64,000 nt of DNA from Dictyostelium discoideum (lineage: Eukaryota). The stretch is from contig CM000153.2 of assembly GCA_000004695.1 (NCBI GenBank), positions 4,128,001 to 4,192,000 of the forward strand, given 5' to 3'. The notes beneath the pieces were generated by a model. The model was not told where the DNA came from. It made no database searches and saw only the letters and a program-made list of their open reading frames with translations. The stretch's first letter is position 1. The number at the start of each line of letters is the position of its first letter. The position numbers were made by a program, and so were the translations under genes. Positions 24,139 to 36,496 of this stretch are shown in pieces.

Positions 24139-25407
24139 ATGAAAAAACAAATATTTTTTATTATTTTACTTTTTACATTTTTATTTTTTATTAATAATAT
24201 AGAATCAAAGAATAATAGTGTACTTGGAAATTGTGAAAAGAATCAAACTGCAAAATATAAAAAGATATCATCCAAATATGGTAATGAAGAAATTAAAGAG
24301 ATTACAACCAATCAATTAAGCAAAGATCAACTTGAAAAACATGAAATGTTTATGAAGATTGCATTGGAAATAGCAATTAAAAGTAAAGTTAAATTCGTTT
24401 CCATCATTGTATCACCAGATGATCGTGTACTTTGTTCAGGTATCTTCTCAAAAGAGAATGCCATTCTTCATAGTGAATTGGTTGCCATTACAAATTGCAG
24501 TTCGTCCCATAAAATGGTAACTTTTGAAAATCATACAATCTATAGTACTGCCGAACCAGATTCATTGTCTTCTTCTGCCATCGTATGGGCACGTTTCAAA
24601 CAAGTTGTCTATGGCTCTTCAATTAAACATCTCTATTGTAATGCTTGCTTCTCAAGTTTACCAATTGATTCAACTTATATTTTCTCAAGAGGTTATGGTA
24701 TTGGAGTTGAAAATATCCAATTGGTTGCTGGTGTTTTACAAGATCAAACCGATGCAAACTTTGGTTCCTATTGTAATTCGTCAATATCTTCAGTTTATAA
24801 AACAAATCCACAATGTAAATGTAAAAATCCAAAATTATCAAAAGAAAATACCAACAACAACGATGATGGTGATGATGATAACAAAAACCATCATCGTCGT
24901 CATAGTCAAAATAATGAAATTGATGTTGATACTAAAAATGAAAGAAATCAACACCACCATGACAAAGATGATAGTATTGATAACTTTTTCGATGAAATAA
25001 AATCTGATGATGATTTTGATAAAAGAATTGAATCAGGTAAACAAGCTGAAAAGTCAAAGAATAAAGAAAAAAAGAAACATCATTCTCACCATCACTCTCA
25101 CACTAGTAAAGATGGTCGTAGTAGAACAAGTACAAGTACAAGTATTTCAGGTAATGGTCATGCAACTGCTTCTGCCTCTGCTTCTTCTTCTTCTTCTTCT
25201 ACTTCTTTCTCTCATTCTTCCTCTTCAAATGATCATCACCATAAAAAGGATAAATCAAATAAAAACAAAGACAACAAAGAAAAAGGTGATAAAAAAGATA
25301 AAAAAGATAAAAAAGAAAAGAAAGATAAGAAAAAAGATAAAAAAGATAAATCAACCTCTGTAGAAGAAGAAATCAATACCTTAAAAGTCGAAAAGAATTC
25401 AATTTAA
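24139..25407 (+). CDS. Secreted cytidine/deoxycytidylate-deaminase-like protein with degenerate zinc-binding site and a His/Ser/Lys-Asp-rich tail (422 aa, single exon).
   Basis: Seen: the signal peptide 'MKKQIFFIILLFTFLFFINNIES'. The CDA-fold block 'HSELVAITNCSS...TIYSTAEPDSLSSSAIVWARFKQVVYGS' aligns to the canonical 'HAE...PCxxC...AxxxxxIxRVVyG'. The conserved H and E are retained, but both Cys ligands are replaced (PDSLSS). The C-terminus is low complexity: 'HHSHHHSHTSK', poly-Ser, and 'KKDKKDKKEKKDKKKDKKDK'. Confidence 0.65.
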   Translation: MKKQIFFIILLFTFLFFINNIESKNNSVLGNCEKNQTAKYKKISSKYGNEEIKEITTNQLSKDQLEKHEMFMKIALEIAIKSKVKFVSIIVSPDDRVLCSGIFSKENAILHSELVAITNCSSSHKMVTFENHTIYSTAEPDSLSSSAIVWARFKQVVYGSSIKHLYCNACFSSLPIDSTYIFSRGYGIGVENIQLVAGVLQDQTDANFGSYCNSSISSVYKTNPQCKCKNPKLSKENTNNNDDGDDDNKNHHRRHSQNNEIDVDTKNERNQHHHDKDDSIDNFFDEIKSDDDFDKRIESGKQAEKSKNKEKKKHHSHHHSHTSKDGRSRTSTSTSISGNGHATASASASSSSSSTSFSHSSSSNDHHHKKDKSNKNKDNKEKGDKKDKKDKKEKKDKKKDKKDKSTSVEEEINTLKVEKNSI

Positions 25408-25622
25408 AATTTTATTAAAATAAATTTAAAAGTATTTTTTATTAAAAAAAAAAAAAAAAATATATATATATATTTATTTTTTTTATTTGGTTATTTATTT
25501 ATTTATTTATTTTAATAAAACAATATATTTAAAAAAATTTAAAATTTTTATTTTTAATGTTATATAATATATTATTTTATTTATTTAACAATTTATATAA
25601 TTATTTTTTTTTTATTTTTTTT

Positions 25623-27652
25623 TTAAATATTTAATATTTTAATTGAATCAGGTATTATACCAGGTTGAATTTGATTATTAACACCTTTAAATAGATACAT
25701 TTCTTTTACAGTTGAAGGGACACTACCTTTGGTAATAGGTGGTTTAAAGCTATATATTATTAAACGTGAAACATTTGATGGAATAGTCTTTGGATGAATT
25801 ATATGAGAGAAACCATTTCCTAATTGTAATTCTTTGACAGTGTTTGGAATTGAATAAGGACTTAGAGGATATTTAATATTATAAAAGAATAAAGATTCAA
25901 CAGAGGAGGGTATGATATCAGAGGTTATAGGTTGATCGAAACCATTACCGAAATGAATTTCTTTAATACCAAATGGGATAGAACCTTGATTTAGTTGTTG
26001 TTTTACGTCGCCAATATACAAAAGTTTAAGAGAATGAGGTATGATACTTGGAGTGATTGGATGATTGAAACCACTTCTTAAATAAAGTTCACGCAAAGTA
26101 CTAGGAATACAACCAGAGAGTAATGGTTGTTTAATTTCATAGAGGTATAGTTTCTCAATTGAGTCTGGTATTATATTTGGTAGAATAAATTGATTGAAAC
26201 CATTATTTAAATGTAATTCTGTCACACCATTGGCAATACTTCCAGGTTGTAATGGTTGTTTAATATCGTACAATACAACTTTGCTAACGGTACTTGGTAT
26301 AACATTTGGCGCAATAGTATGAGAGAATCCACTACAAAAATGAACTTCTTTGACTGTCGATGGTATACTATTAGTCTTTAATGGTTGTGCAATATCATAG
26401 AAAAATAATTTTTGAATTCCTTTTGGTAAAACATGACTTTCAAATTGATGATTAAATCCATTTAAAAAGTGAATCTCTTTAATTGTTTCCGGTATTCTTA
26501 ATTCATTAAACTTTATTTTATTTGATAAACCTAATGATGAAATATCACTTGGAATTGGTTCACCATGTGTAACATAATAATTAAAATTACCACCTAATAA
26601 AAAAAAAAAAAATTATTAGTATTATTTTATTTTTTATTTTTTATTTTTTTAAATGAAAACTTACATTTTGCTAATTTATTAATTAATAAATATTGATTAT
26701 CTTTATCTTTAAATTCTTTTGATTCAATATTATAAAAATTACCAATTGATTCAGTGAAAACATCTTCTAAATCTTGATCAAAATGAATTGTATTATCAGA
26801 GAAAGGTTGAAAACGATTTGATTTTTTCTTTTCAACTAATTGATTACAAATTTCAGTATCTTTTATTATTGAAAGTAATTGTTTTTCTTTTTGTTGATCG
26901 TACATATCGAATATATCATAATTTTCTAAACAATGGTTATGTCTACTTATTACAGCATCTATAAGGTCGGAATCTTGTTGTAGTTGATTTTTAATTTTTG
27001 TATATAACTCTTCGTTGTCCGCATGGTTGGACTCCAGTATCATTGAAACGTTTGATTCTAAATCCAAAAGGACTTGATGTAATTGTTTAAACTTTTGATG
27101 AATTTTAATTAGATTCTCTTGATGGCGTGATTCAACTAAACCAAAGCAATGATCGACTGCATTCGATACCACTTTATCACTCTCTCTGTATGCCATTATA
27201 TTTGGGAGTTGATTGGCTTTAAAACTTTCTACTATATATTGACCATTCATTTTATTGATCTCTGATATCTTGTGGCCGGCGTGGTTTTCATCTATACAAA
27301 TTGGGCATACTCCACTAAGACAATCTTCACAAACTGATGTTAAGTCTAATTGATTATGTTTTAAACATTTTATATCTACATTTAAATTAAATTCATCTTG
27401 ATGTTGAAAATATTTATTATTACTACTACTAGCATTATTCGTTATATTTGTATTTTTATTATTACTATTATTATTAATATTAATATTAATATTATTATTA
27501 TTATTTTCTATATGATTGGTTTTTTGTGGTGATTGATTAAGTCTTCCTAATTTCGATTGAAATAAGGCGACTTTATTATTACTTTGATAATAATTCTGAA
27601 AAGAAGCTTTATCTTGTAAATAATTTAAATCTTGATTATTATTTGAAATCAT
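25623..27652 (-). CDS. B-box zinc-finger + coiled-coil + FNIP-repeat protein (~652 aa). join(25623..26593,26665..27652) on the minus strand.
   Basis: Seen: exon 1 carries a B-box-type motif 'CEDCLSGVCPICIDENHAGHKI' and a coiled-coil region. A GTAAGT donor sits at plus-strand 26664..26659 (phase 1), and the acceptor AG lies at 26595..26594. Exon 2 is open from 26593. It has repeated ~22-aa units 'GNGF(N/D/S)QxIxPxxIPxSVxxLxxxxIKQPLxxGSIP', the Dictyostelium FNIP repeat, ending 'IKILNI*'. The ORF track shows only a 216-aa piece because it starts at an internal TTG codon. Confidence 0.75.
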
Positions 27653-27714
27653 TTTATTTATTTTATTTTATTTTATTTATTTATTTTATTATTTATTTCA
27701 ATTTATGTTATTTT

Positions 27715-27830
27715 ATTTAATTTTATTTTATTTTATTTTATTTTATTTTATTTTATTTTATTTTATTTTATTTTATTTTATTTTATTTTATTTTATTTTA
27801 TTTTATTTTATTTTATTTTATTTATTTATT
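27715..27830. repeat. (ATTTT)n microsatellite, ~23 units.
   Basis: Seen: 'ttttattttattttatttt...' lies in the 5' flank of the FNIP gene. Confidence 0.9.
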
Positions 27831-28304
27831 TATTTTATTAATCTTTTTTTTTTTTTTATGTTTTATTATTTTTTTTTTTTTTTATGTATCTTTGTTTTAT
27901 ATAATGAGAGAAATTAAATATTTGTTTTATATTTTTTTTTAACAATAAACAAAAAAATTTGAGTTGATAAATATTTAATGGGCTAAAAAAAGAAAAGAAA
28001 AAAGTATAAAAAAAAAAAAAAAAATTTATCATTGCGTACTTTTTTTTTATTATTATTAAAAATAATAATAAAAAAAAAAGAAAAAAAAAATGGCTATTTC
28101 TTGTGAATTCAAGATATCACTGACTTAGTTCGCTGAGATTTTTTTTTTTTTTTTTTCATTCAATTTAAATTTATTTTTTTTTATTTTATTTTTCTTTTTT
28201 TTTTTTTTTTTTTTGTGCTGATCAAAAATATTTTCGGTCAAAGGATATTTTCTTAAAAAAAAAAAATAATCAAAAACAAAAAAAATCATTTTTTTTATTT
28301 ATTT

Positions 28305-28336
<32 letters not shown>

Positions 28337-28409
28337 CATCCATTTTTTTTCCCTTTCAGCCAATCAAAACCTTTTTTTTTTAAAATTGTCCAATGGCAAG
28401 TCCCATTCT

Positions 28410-28446
<37 letters not shown>

Positions 28447-29568
28447 AAATCACACTTTCCAAACTTTTTTTTTTTGACCAAGCCACAAACAAAAAAAAAA
28501 AAAAAAAAAATTGTTTGGATGTATCAATATTATTTTAATTTATTTATTTATTTTTTTTTTTTTACATTTTTATTATCTATTTATTTTTTAATTTTTTTTT
28601 TTTAATTTATTTAATATAAATTTTAATAAAGCATAGCTAGCTGGTCACCATATATATATATGTCGACAGTTGGGTTTTTTTTTTTTAATTTTTTAAAAAA
28701 AAAAATCTTTAAGGATTAAGAAAAGCCATCCTTTTTTTTTTAATTTTTTTAATTTTTTTTTTTTTTTTTTTTCCTTTGATTTGCAGTTTTCGAACCAATT
28801 AAATTTTATCTGAAAAGCTTGGGTCCCTCTTTAAAAATAAAAAAAAAAAAAAAATTTCATCATCAAAGATATTAATTAACCAATTTTCTCAATTCTCTTT
28901 ATAATCATTTATTTATTTTAATTTTCTTTTTTTTTTTTTAAAAAAAAAAAAAATAAAAAAAAAAAAAAAAAAAAAAATTCCAAGAAAAAAAAAAAAATAA
29001 AAATAAAAATAAAAATAAAACAATTAAAAAAAATTTATAATCGCTTGTTTATGCAAGATTTTGTTTTTTTAGAATATTATTGGTTTTATTATGATTTTTT
29101 TTTTTTTTTTATTATTCAAGATGTTGATTATTTTTTTTTTTTTGATTATTTAAGAATTTCCTGAAATTGAACCATCCCCAAGAATTTCCTCTTCCTTTTT
29201 CTTGAAAAATAATATTACCTATACCAAAATAGTTAATTTTGAAGAACTTAACATTTTAGTATTGTTTTAAATTCAAATAAAATTTATTTTCCTCTTTTTA
29301 ATAGGAATTGAGGGATATAAAACCCACCTTTTTTTTTTTCCTTTTTTCTTGAAAGTCGGTTATTTCTAGATGTTAAAAAAAAAAAAGAAGAATTAAAAAT
29401 AAAAAAAAGAATTTAAAAAAAAAAAGAATTAAAAAAAAAAAAAAAGAATTAAAAAAAAAAAAAAAAAAAAGATAGGTTGATTATTCAATATTTAGATTTT
29501 ATTATTAACATTATTATTACAGTGTAATTTTTTTATTTTTTTTTATTTATCTATTTTATTATTATAAT

Positions 29569-30198
29569 TTATAATTTTGCTTTTTTATTTACAATAAATT
29601 TTGTATGAGAACCTTTTGCAATAACTATACCACTATCTTCAGAATCTAAATAAATGGTTGTTTCAGTGAAAGCTAAATTTCTACCTGACTTATAAACTGA
29701 TGATACAATGAAAATTTTTCTGTCGACTGGTGCAGGATTAGAATAAACCATTGAAATCTCCACAGAAACACTTGGCACAATAGCGTCTAAGTTTGTTGTT
29801 AATATTGCTATACTTGAGATTACATCTGTTAATGTTGCTATTGCTCCACCATGTAAATTCGATAAAACATTACAATACTATTTTTTTTCATTTTAAAAAT
29901 AAAAAAAAAAAAAAAAAAAATTGACTTGTTAATCAAATTTTATTTTTGTTTTTAAAAAAAAAAAAAAAAAATAAAATAAAATAAAATAAAAAATAATAAT
30001 AATATTAAAAATAAAAATTATAATTACTTTTTCATCTACAGTCATTGACATTACAACTTTACCCTTTTCAAGTTTTTCACAGGTACAAAGCTCTAAAAAT
30101 TGTTTATCAAAACCTTCAAATTTAGTCCATTTATTTAATAAATCTGCTAATTGATTTTTCAATTTTTCATCATTTGATTTTATAATCATATTTGCCAT
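29569..30198 (-). CDS. Hotdog-fold acyl-CoA thioesterase (PaaI/THEM2 family, 159 aa). join(29569..29877,30028..30198) on the minus strand.
   Basis: Seen: exon 1 'MANMIIKSNDEKLKNQLADLLNKWTKFEGFDKQFLELCTCEKLEKGKVVMSMTVDEK' ends at a GTAATT donor (phase 0). The acceptor AG is at plus-strand 29879..29878. Exon 2 'YCNVLSNLHGGAIATLTDVISSIAILTT...' carries the 'HGG' thioesterase motif and ends '...KFIVNKKAKL*'. Confidence 0.8.
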
Positions 30199-30601
30199 TT
30201 TCTGATAATGTATATATATAAATATTGTTGGTGGTTGTTGTTATTACCAACCTAAATTTCTTTATAAATTACATTTTTTTATTTTCGCTGTGGTCATATT
30301 ATAAAAAAAATATAAAAAAAAATAAAATAAAATGAAAAAAAAAAAAATTAAAAAAAATTAAAATTCTTTTTTTGGAGGATTATTGTGATGAATTTTTTTT
30401 TTTTTTTTTTTTTTTTTTCGTTTCGTTTTATGATGGAAACAATTTTTTTGATTTTTTTTGATTTTTTTTTTTTGGTGAAAGTCAAGACAACTGTTTTTTT
30501 TTTTTTTTTTTTGATTTATTTTTAATTATATAAACATATATTTTTTTTATTTTTTTTTATTTTTTATTTTTAATTTTATTATTATTATTTTTTTTTTTTT
30601 T

Positions 30602-31795
<1,194 letters not shown>

Positions 31796-32390
31796 TCTAT
31801 CTCTTTTTTTTTTTTTTATTGTTTTTTTTATTTTATATTATTTTTTTATATTCTTTTTATACAGTTTTTTTTTGAACCTGTTTATATATATATTATTCGC
31901 TTTCCCTGTTTTTGTTTTATTTATTTGTTCGTTCACTATTTATTTAATATTACAATTTTTATATATATACACAAGAACCAAAATCAATAAAAAAAAAAAA
32001 AAAAAAAACCAAAAAAAAAAAAAAAAAAAAAAAAATCAAAATTTAAATAAAATTTTTTTTTTTTTTTTTTTAAGCGACTCACATTCATACATTTCCATTT
32101 TTATTATTTTTTTATTTTTTTATTTCTTTTTATTTTTGAATATACTGATTAAATCAAAAATCAATTGAAAACAACTTTTAAAATATTGATACTTGGAAAA
32201 GAAATAAATAAAAAAATTAATATTTTCATTTCATTTTTTTTTTTTGTTAACAATTATTTAATTTTATTTATTTTTAATATGGATTTACTATATAAAAATA
32301 GAGCTTTCAAAAAATACACACACAATGATATATAATATAAATTAAAAATGAATGAAATATTGGTAATTGGTTTAATTAATCCTTAAAGAT

Positions 32391-32692
32391 TTAAATATGG
32401 GCAACAGCAGCAGCAGTTAATAAACCTGGAATTACAACGAGTGCAGCAGCATCTAAGAGAGCAGCATTATTGTTAGATTGAGTGCTTCCTACTGAAATTG
32501 AAGAAATTTGATTCTTTTGGACTGAGCTAACACTTGAGATTGATTGTAATGATTCTAAAATAATTATTATTATTTTTAAAAAAATAAAAATAATTTTATA
32601 AAATTAATTAATAATTTTATAAAATTAATTAATAATTTTATCATATTTTTTTTTTTTTTTTTTTTTATATTTTAATACTTACTGAATAACAT
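32391..32692 (-). CDS. Small serine-rich secreted/hydrophobic-tail protein (57 aa), HssA/2C/7E-family-like. join(32391..32554,32683..32692) on the minus strand.
   Basis: Seen: the minus-strand ATG is followed after 10 nt by a consensus GTAAGT donor ('ATGTTATTCA|GTAAGT'). A ~128-nt AT-rich intron ends at '...ttattttag'. Exon 2 reads 'KSLQSISSVSSVQKNQISSISVGSTQSNNNAALLDAAALVVIPGLLTAAAVAHI*'. Inference: the N-terminus 'MLFKSLQSISSVSS' resembles the 'MTLFSSISSMS...' start of Dictyostelium hssA-like small genes. Confidence 0.45.
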
Positions 32693-33179
32693 TTTAGAAT
32701 TTAGTTTAATAGTACAAAATATATTATAATTTAATGATTAGTTAAAAAAAAAAAAATATATCCTTTTATACTTTTTTTTTTTTTTCAAAATTTTTTTTTT
32801 TTTTTTTTTTTTATATATTTTTTTTTATTTATTATTAATAATAATAGATTATTAAAAGAAATCAAAAAACAGTTTATTACTTGATCTGTCATTTCAAAAT
32901 CTTTAAGTATTTATCAAAAATTTTTTGATAAATTAAAAAAAAAAAAACCAATCTTTTTTTTTATCTCTTAATACTGTTTTTTATTAACAGATATTATTTA
33001 TTTATTGTTTATATTAAAAAAAAAAAATTTAATTTTCTTTTTTATTTTTTTTTTTATTAAATTTAATAAATAATTATTGATAATTAATAAATATTAAATA
33101 GAAAAATAATTATTAAATTTATTGATTTTTGTTGTCATTATTATTAAATTTTTTTAATTTTTTTTTTTTTTTATTATCA

Positions 33180-34133
33180 TTATTGTGGAATTTTATAAGA
33201 AACAAAAGCTTCTACTGCTTCAAATTCGGTTAAACCTAAATTATCATAAATTTTAGCGGTTTCACGATTTCTACATTCAGCACGAACCCAAAATTCTCTT
33301 TTATCAGTTCCAGGAAAAGCTGGAACATCTTTTTGAGATTGATGTTTAAAGATTGACATACGTTTTCTCATCAATTCGAAAGGAGACATTGGTACGGCCA
33401 TTTCTATTCTTTCAGGTTCCCATTCTTGCCAAGCTCCACGATATAACCAAACTTGACATTCTTTCATCCAATCTTGAGTTTTCAAACGATCGATAGCCGA
33501 TAGAATAGCTTTCAAACAAACTCTATGAGTACCATGTGGATCTGATAAATCACCAGCGGCGAAAATGATCTCTGGTTTGATTGATTCTAAAAACTGAACC
33601 ATGATTTCAATGTCTTCCTCACCCAATGGTTTCTTTTTGACAGCACCAGTTTCGTAGAATGGTAAATCCAAGAAATGAATTCTATCAGGAGCCACACCAG
33701 CATAACGGGCACCAGCACGAGCCTCAGTTTTACGTATTAACCCTTTAATTAATTGAATCTCCTTTGAATCTGGTTGACCTGGTTTCTTGGTTTTAATGAA
33801 TTCATTGACATTCTTTTCAATGGTATTCGATCTCTCCACTGATTCATTACCCAATGAAAAAAGTTTACTAAATTCACTAGCGAAATTTGCAAATCTAACA
33901 GCATCATCATCCCAAACTGCAATATTACCACTGGTTTGATATGCAACATGAACCTTATGACCTTGATCACATAAACGAATGAATGTACCACCCATACTAA
34001 TCACATCATCATCTGGATGTGGTGAAAATACAATTACTCTCTTTGAAACTGGTTTAATATTACTATCATAATCCCACATTTCATTAATAATATTAATTTG
34101 TTCAAAACTACTATTATCATGATGTTGATGTTG

Positions 34134-34198
<65 letters not shown>

Positions 34199-35021
34199 TA
34201 CTATTATCACTACTATTTGTTTTTGGTGAAGTTGGTGAAGTTGGATGATGTTGATTTGGTCTACCTCCTGGCCAACCATTAATAGTTGATTGTAAATATC
34301 TAAAAACTTTAAGATTTAAATTATGACATGGACCAAATACTTTAAGTAATGAGGATAGGTTATGGTCATGGTATTCCTCTTCCTCAAGTTTTAATATTGG
34401 TTTACCCAATTTCAATGATAACCAAATCACAGCTTTTCTAGCCAACAATGGTGACCACTTAATTGTAAGAGTTGTTCCAGTGGAATGAATAACCCATGGT
34501 TGTTTACAACGTGTAATCTCTACAGCTGCAGCCTCATCAATTATCAACTGACACTTTTGATGACGTTGAAAAATGGTTGATGGTATAGCAGGAGTGATCT
34601 CACCCTCGGTTGTCTTCTGAACTATCGATGCCTTACCCTCGGAGAAAGCCATCAATATAATTCTCTTAGAGTTAAACATTGTTGATAAACCCATTGTCAA
34701 TGCATGATGTGGAACATGTTCAGTACCAAAGAAATCACTTGCTGCATCGATTCTTGTATTTTGCTCCAAATCAACCAAACGTGTCTTTGTATTAGCCAAT
34801 GACCCCGACTCATTAAATCCAATTCTTTTTCCAATTGGAATTAACATTAAATCAATACCACCAACTTGTTCAATCTTTTCTTCATATTCTTTTAAATGTT
34901 TATCAATTTCATTCTCTGAAATTTCACCATTTAAAAAATTTATATTTTCTTTTTTAATATCAATTAATTCAAATAAATTTTCTTGCATATATCTAGTTAA
35001 AATAAAATTATGTTAATATTT

Positions 35022-35062
<41 letters not shown>

Positions 35063-35443
35063 TTTATATATATTTATTTACCTATAAAAACTTTGAATTC
35101 TATTTCTTTCAATTGGATAATATTCATCAACATTAAAAGTGATAACATTTTTAAATGAAACTTTATTTTCTTTATATAATTTAACCAATTGATCATAAAC
35201 ACCTGATGGAGTTGAACCACATGTTAAACCTAATACAAAAGGTTTTCCATTTGAATTTGAAATTTCAATAGCCTTAACAATCTCTGATGCAATGAAAACA
35301 TTAACTTGCTCTGGATCTTGATAAACAAGTGTTTCTAATTTTTCTTTACTTTTAAATTCTTCATTACATTCAAATAATCCTGTTTCTGAATTAATTTTAT
35401 TTACTCCTGAATATTGTTGTTGTTGTTGTTGTTGTGTGGACAT
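33180..35443 (-). CDS. Glucosamine-6-phosphate deaminase/isomerase (NagB) domain fused to a C-terminal LmbE/PIG-L-family (GlcNAc-deacetylase-like) domain, 724 aa. join(33180..34992,35082..35443) on the minus strand.
   Basis: Seen: exon 1 '...GKPFVLGLTCGSTPSGVYDQLVKLYKENKVSFKNVITFNVDEYY...SFY' aligns with E. coli NagB ('RPFVLGLPTGGTP..VSFKHVVTFNMDEY'). A GTAAAT donor sits at plus-strand 35081..35076 (phase 2), with the acceptor at 'ttttaactag' (AG 34994..34993). Exon 2 is 'RYMQENLFELIDIKKENINFLNG...' (NagB 'ENINLLNG'). After a poly-N linker it continues '...VIVFSPHPDDDVISMGGTFIRLCDQGHKVHVAYQTSG...FAAGDLSDPHGTHR', which has the PIG-L/LmbE signature 'HPDDD'. The poly-N(23) insert is typical of Dictyostelium. 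Confidence 0.8.
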
Positions 35444-35531
35444 TTTAATTTTATTTTACAAAATATGTATAAAAACACTAATTACTAATATATAATTTTT
35501 TATTTTTTTTTTATTTGTATTTATTTATTTA

Positions 35532-35568
<37 letters not shown>

Positions 35569-35853
35569 AAGATTAATGTGTTTGAATATTTCTTAATTTA
35601 CAAAAAAAAAAAAATAAATGAAAAAAAAAATTAAAAAAAAAAAAAAAAGGTGAAAATCAAAAAAAAATAAAAAAATAAAAAAATAAAAAAAAAATAAAAA
35701 AATAAAAAAATTAAAATTTTGATATCACCAGGATTTTAAAATGGGAAAATTGGTATCGAAAAAATATAAAATATCAAATCCCAATACCATTTTGGCATTA
35801 TTTCGAATTTTTTTTTTTTTTTTTTTGTTTTTTTTTTCTTTTTAAATTTAATA

Positions 35854-35887
<34 letters not shown>

Positions 35888-36496
35888 TCACTAAAAATAT
35901 AATTTTAAAATAATAATCAAAAATTTAAATATTTGTTAGTTAAATAATTTATTTTCGTTTTAAATATTTTACCACAACTTTTTTAATAAGAAGAAAAAAT
36001 GATCATACAAAAAAAAAAAAAAAAAAAAAAATAAAATTATTAAAAAAAAAAAAAAAATAAAATAAAAAAAAAAAAATTAAATAAAGTTAGGAAATAAAAA
36101 AAGTAAAAAGGAAGAAATAAAAAAAGTAAAAAAGAAAAAAATGTAAAAAAATTTATGCTTTAGGTTTTTATTATTTTTATTACACTAAAAACACAATGTG
36201 AATGTGTAATCCCTAAAGAACTTCACCAATCACTGCAATTGTTGTTGTCATCGTTTCACTTTTTTTTTTTATATTCTTTTCGCCTTTCGAATAAAAAACA
36301 AAATAAAAAAATAAAAAACAAAATAAAAAATAAAAAATAAAATAAAAAAATAAAAAAAATATCTAATTTTTCAGAAGAAAAGTTTTTTTTTTTTTTTTTA
36401 TAGTTTTGATAACAAAATTTTATTTTATTTTGTTTTTTTTTTTTTTTTTTATTTTATTTTTTCATTCTCAACAGTTGACAACTATAAACAATAAAA

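Noticed and set aside
24524-25363. Plus-strand ORFs 24524..25000 and 25007..25363, and minus-strand ORF 24623..24841.
   Set aside because: They are alternate frames or antisense of the 422-aa deaminase-like gene. Their low-complexity output ('LLLPLLLLLLL', 'KKIKKIKKK') mirrors the Ser/Lys-Asp repeats of the real frame.
28100-29560. I looked for a gene or a tRNA in this 1.5-kb region; there are slightly GC-richer islands at 28621-28670 and 28780-28830.
   Set aside because: There is no ORF >40 codons with non-repetitive composition. No cloverleaf-compatible sequence exists: I found no tRNA-like GTGGC..TTCGA-type A/B boxes. It is most likely promoter or intergenic DNA, and ORF 28393..28605 is poly-T translation.
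33749-34279. Minus-strand ORFs 33749..33991 and 34034..34279 inside the NagB-LmbE gene.
   Set aside because: They are alternate-frame translations. The second is the poly-N linker read as poly-I.
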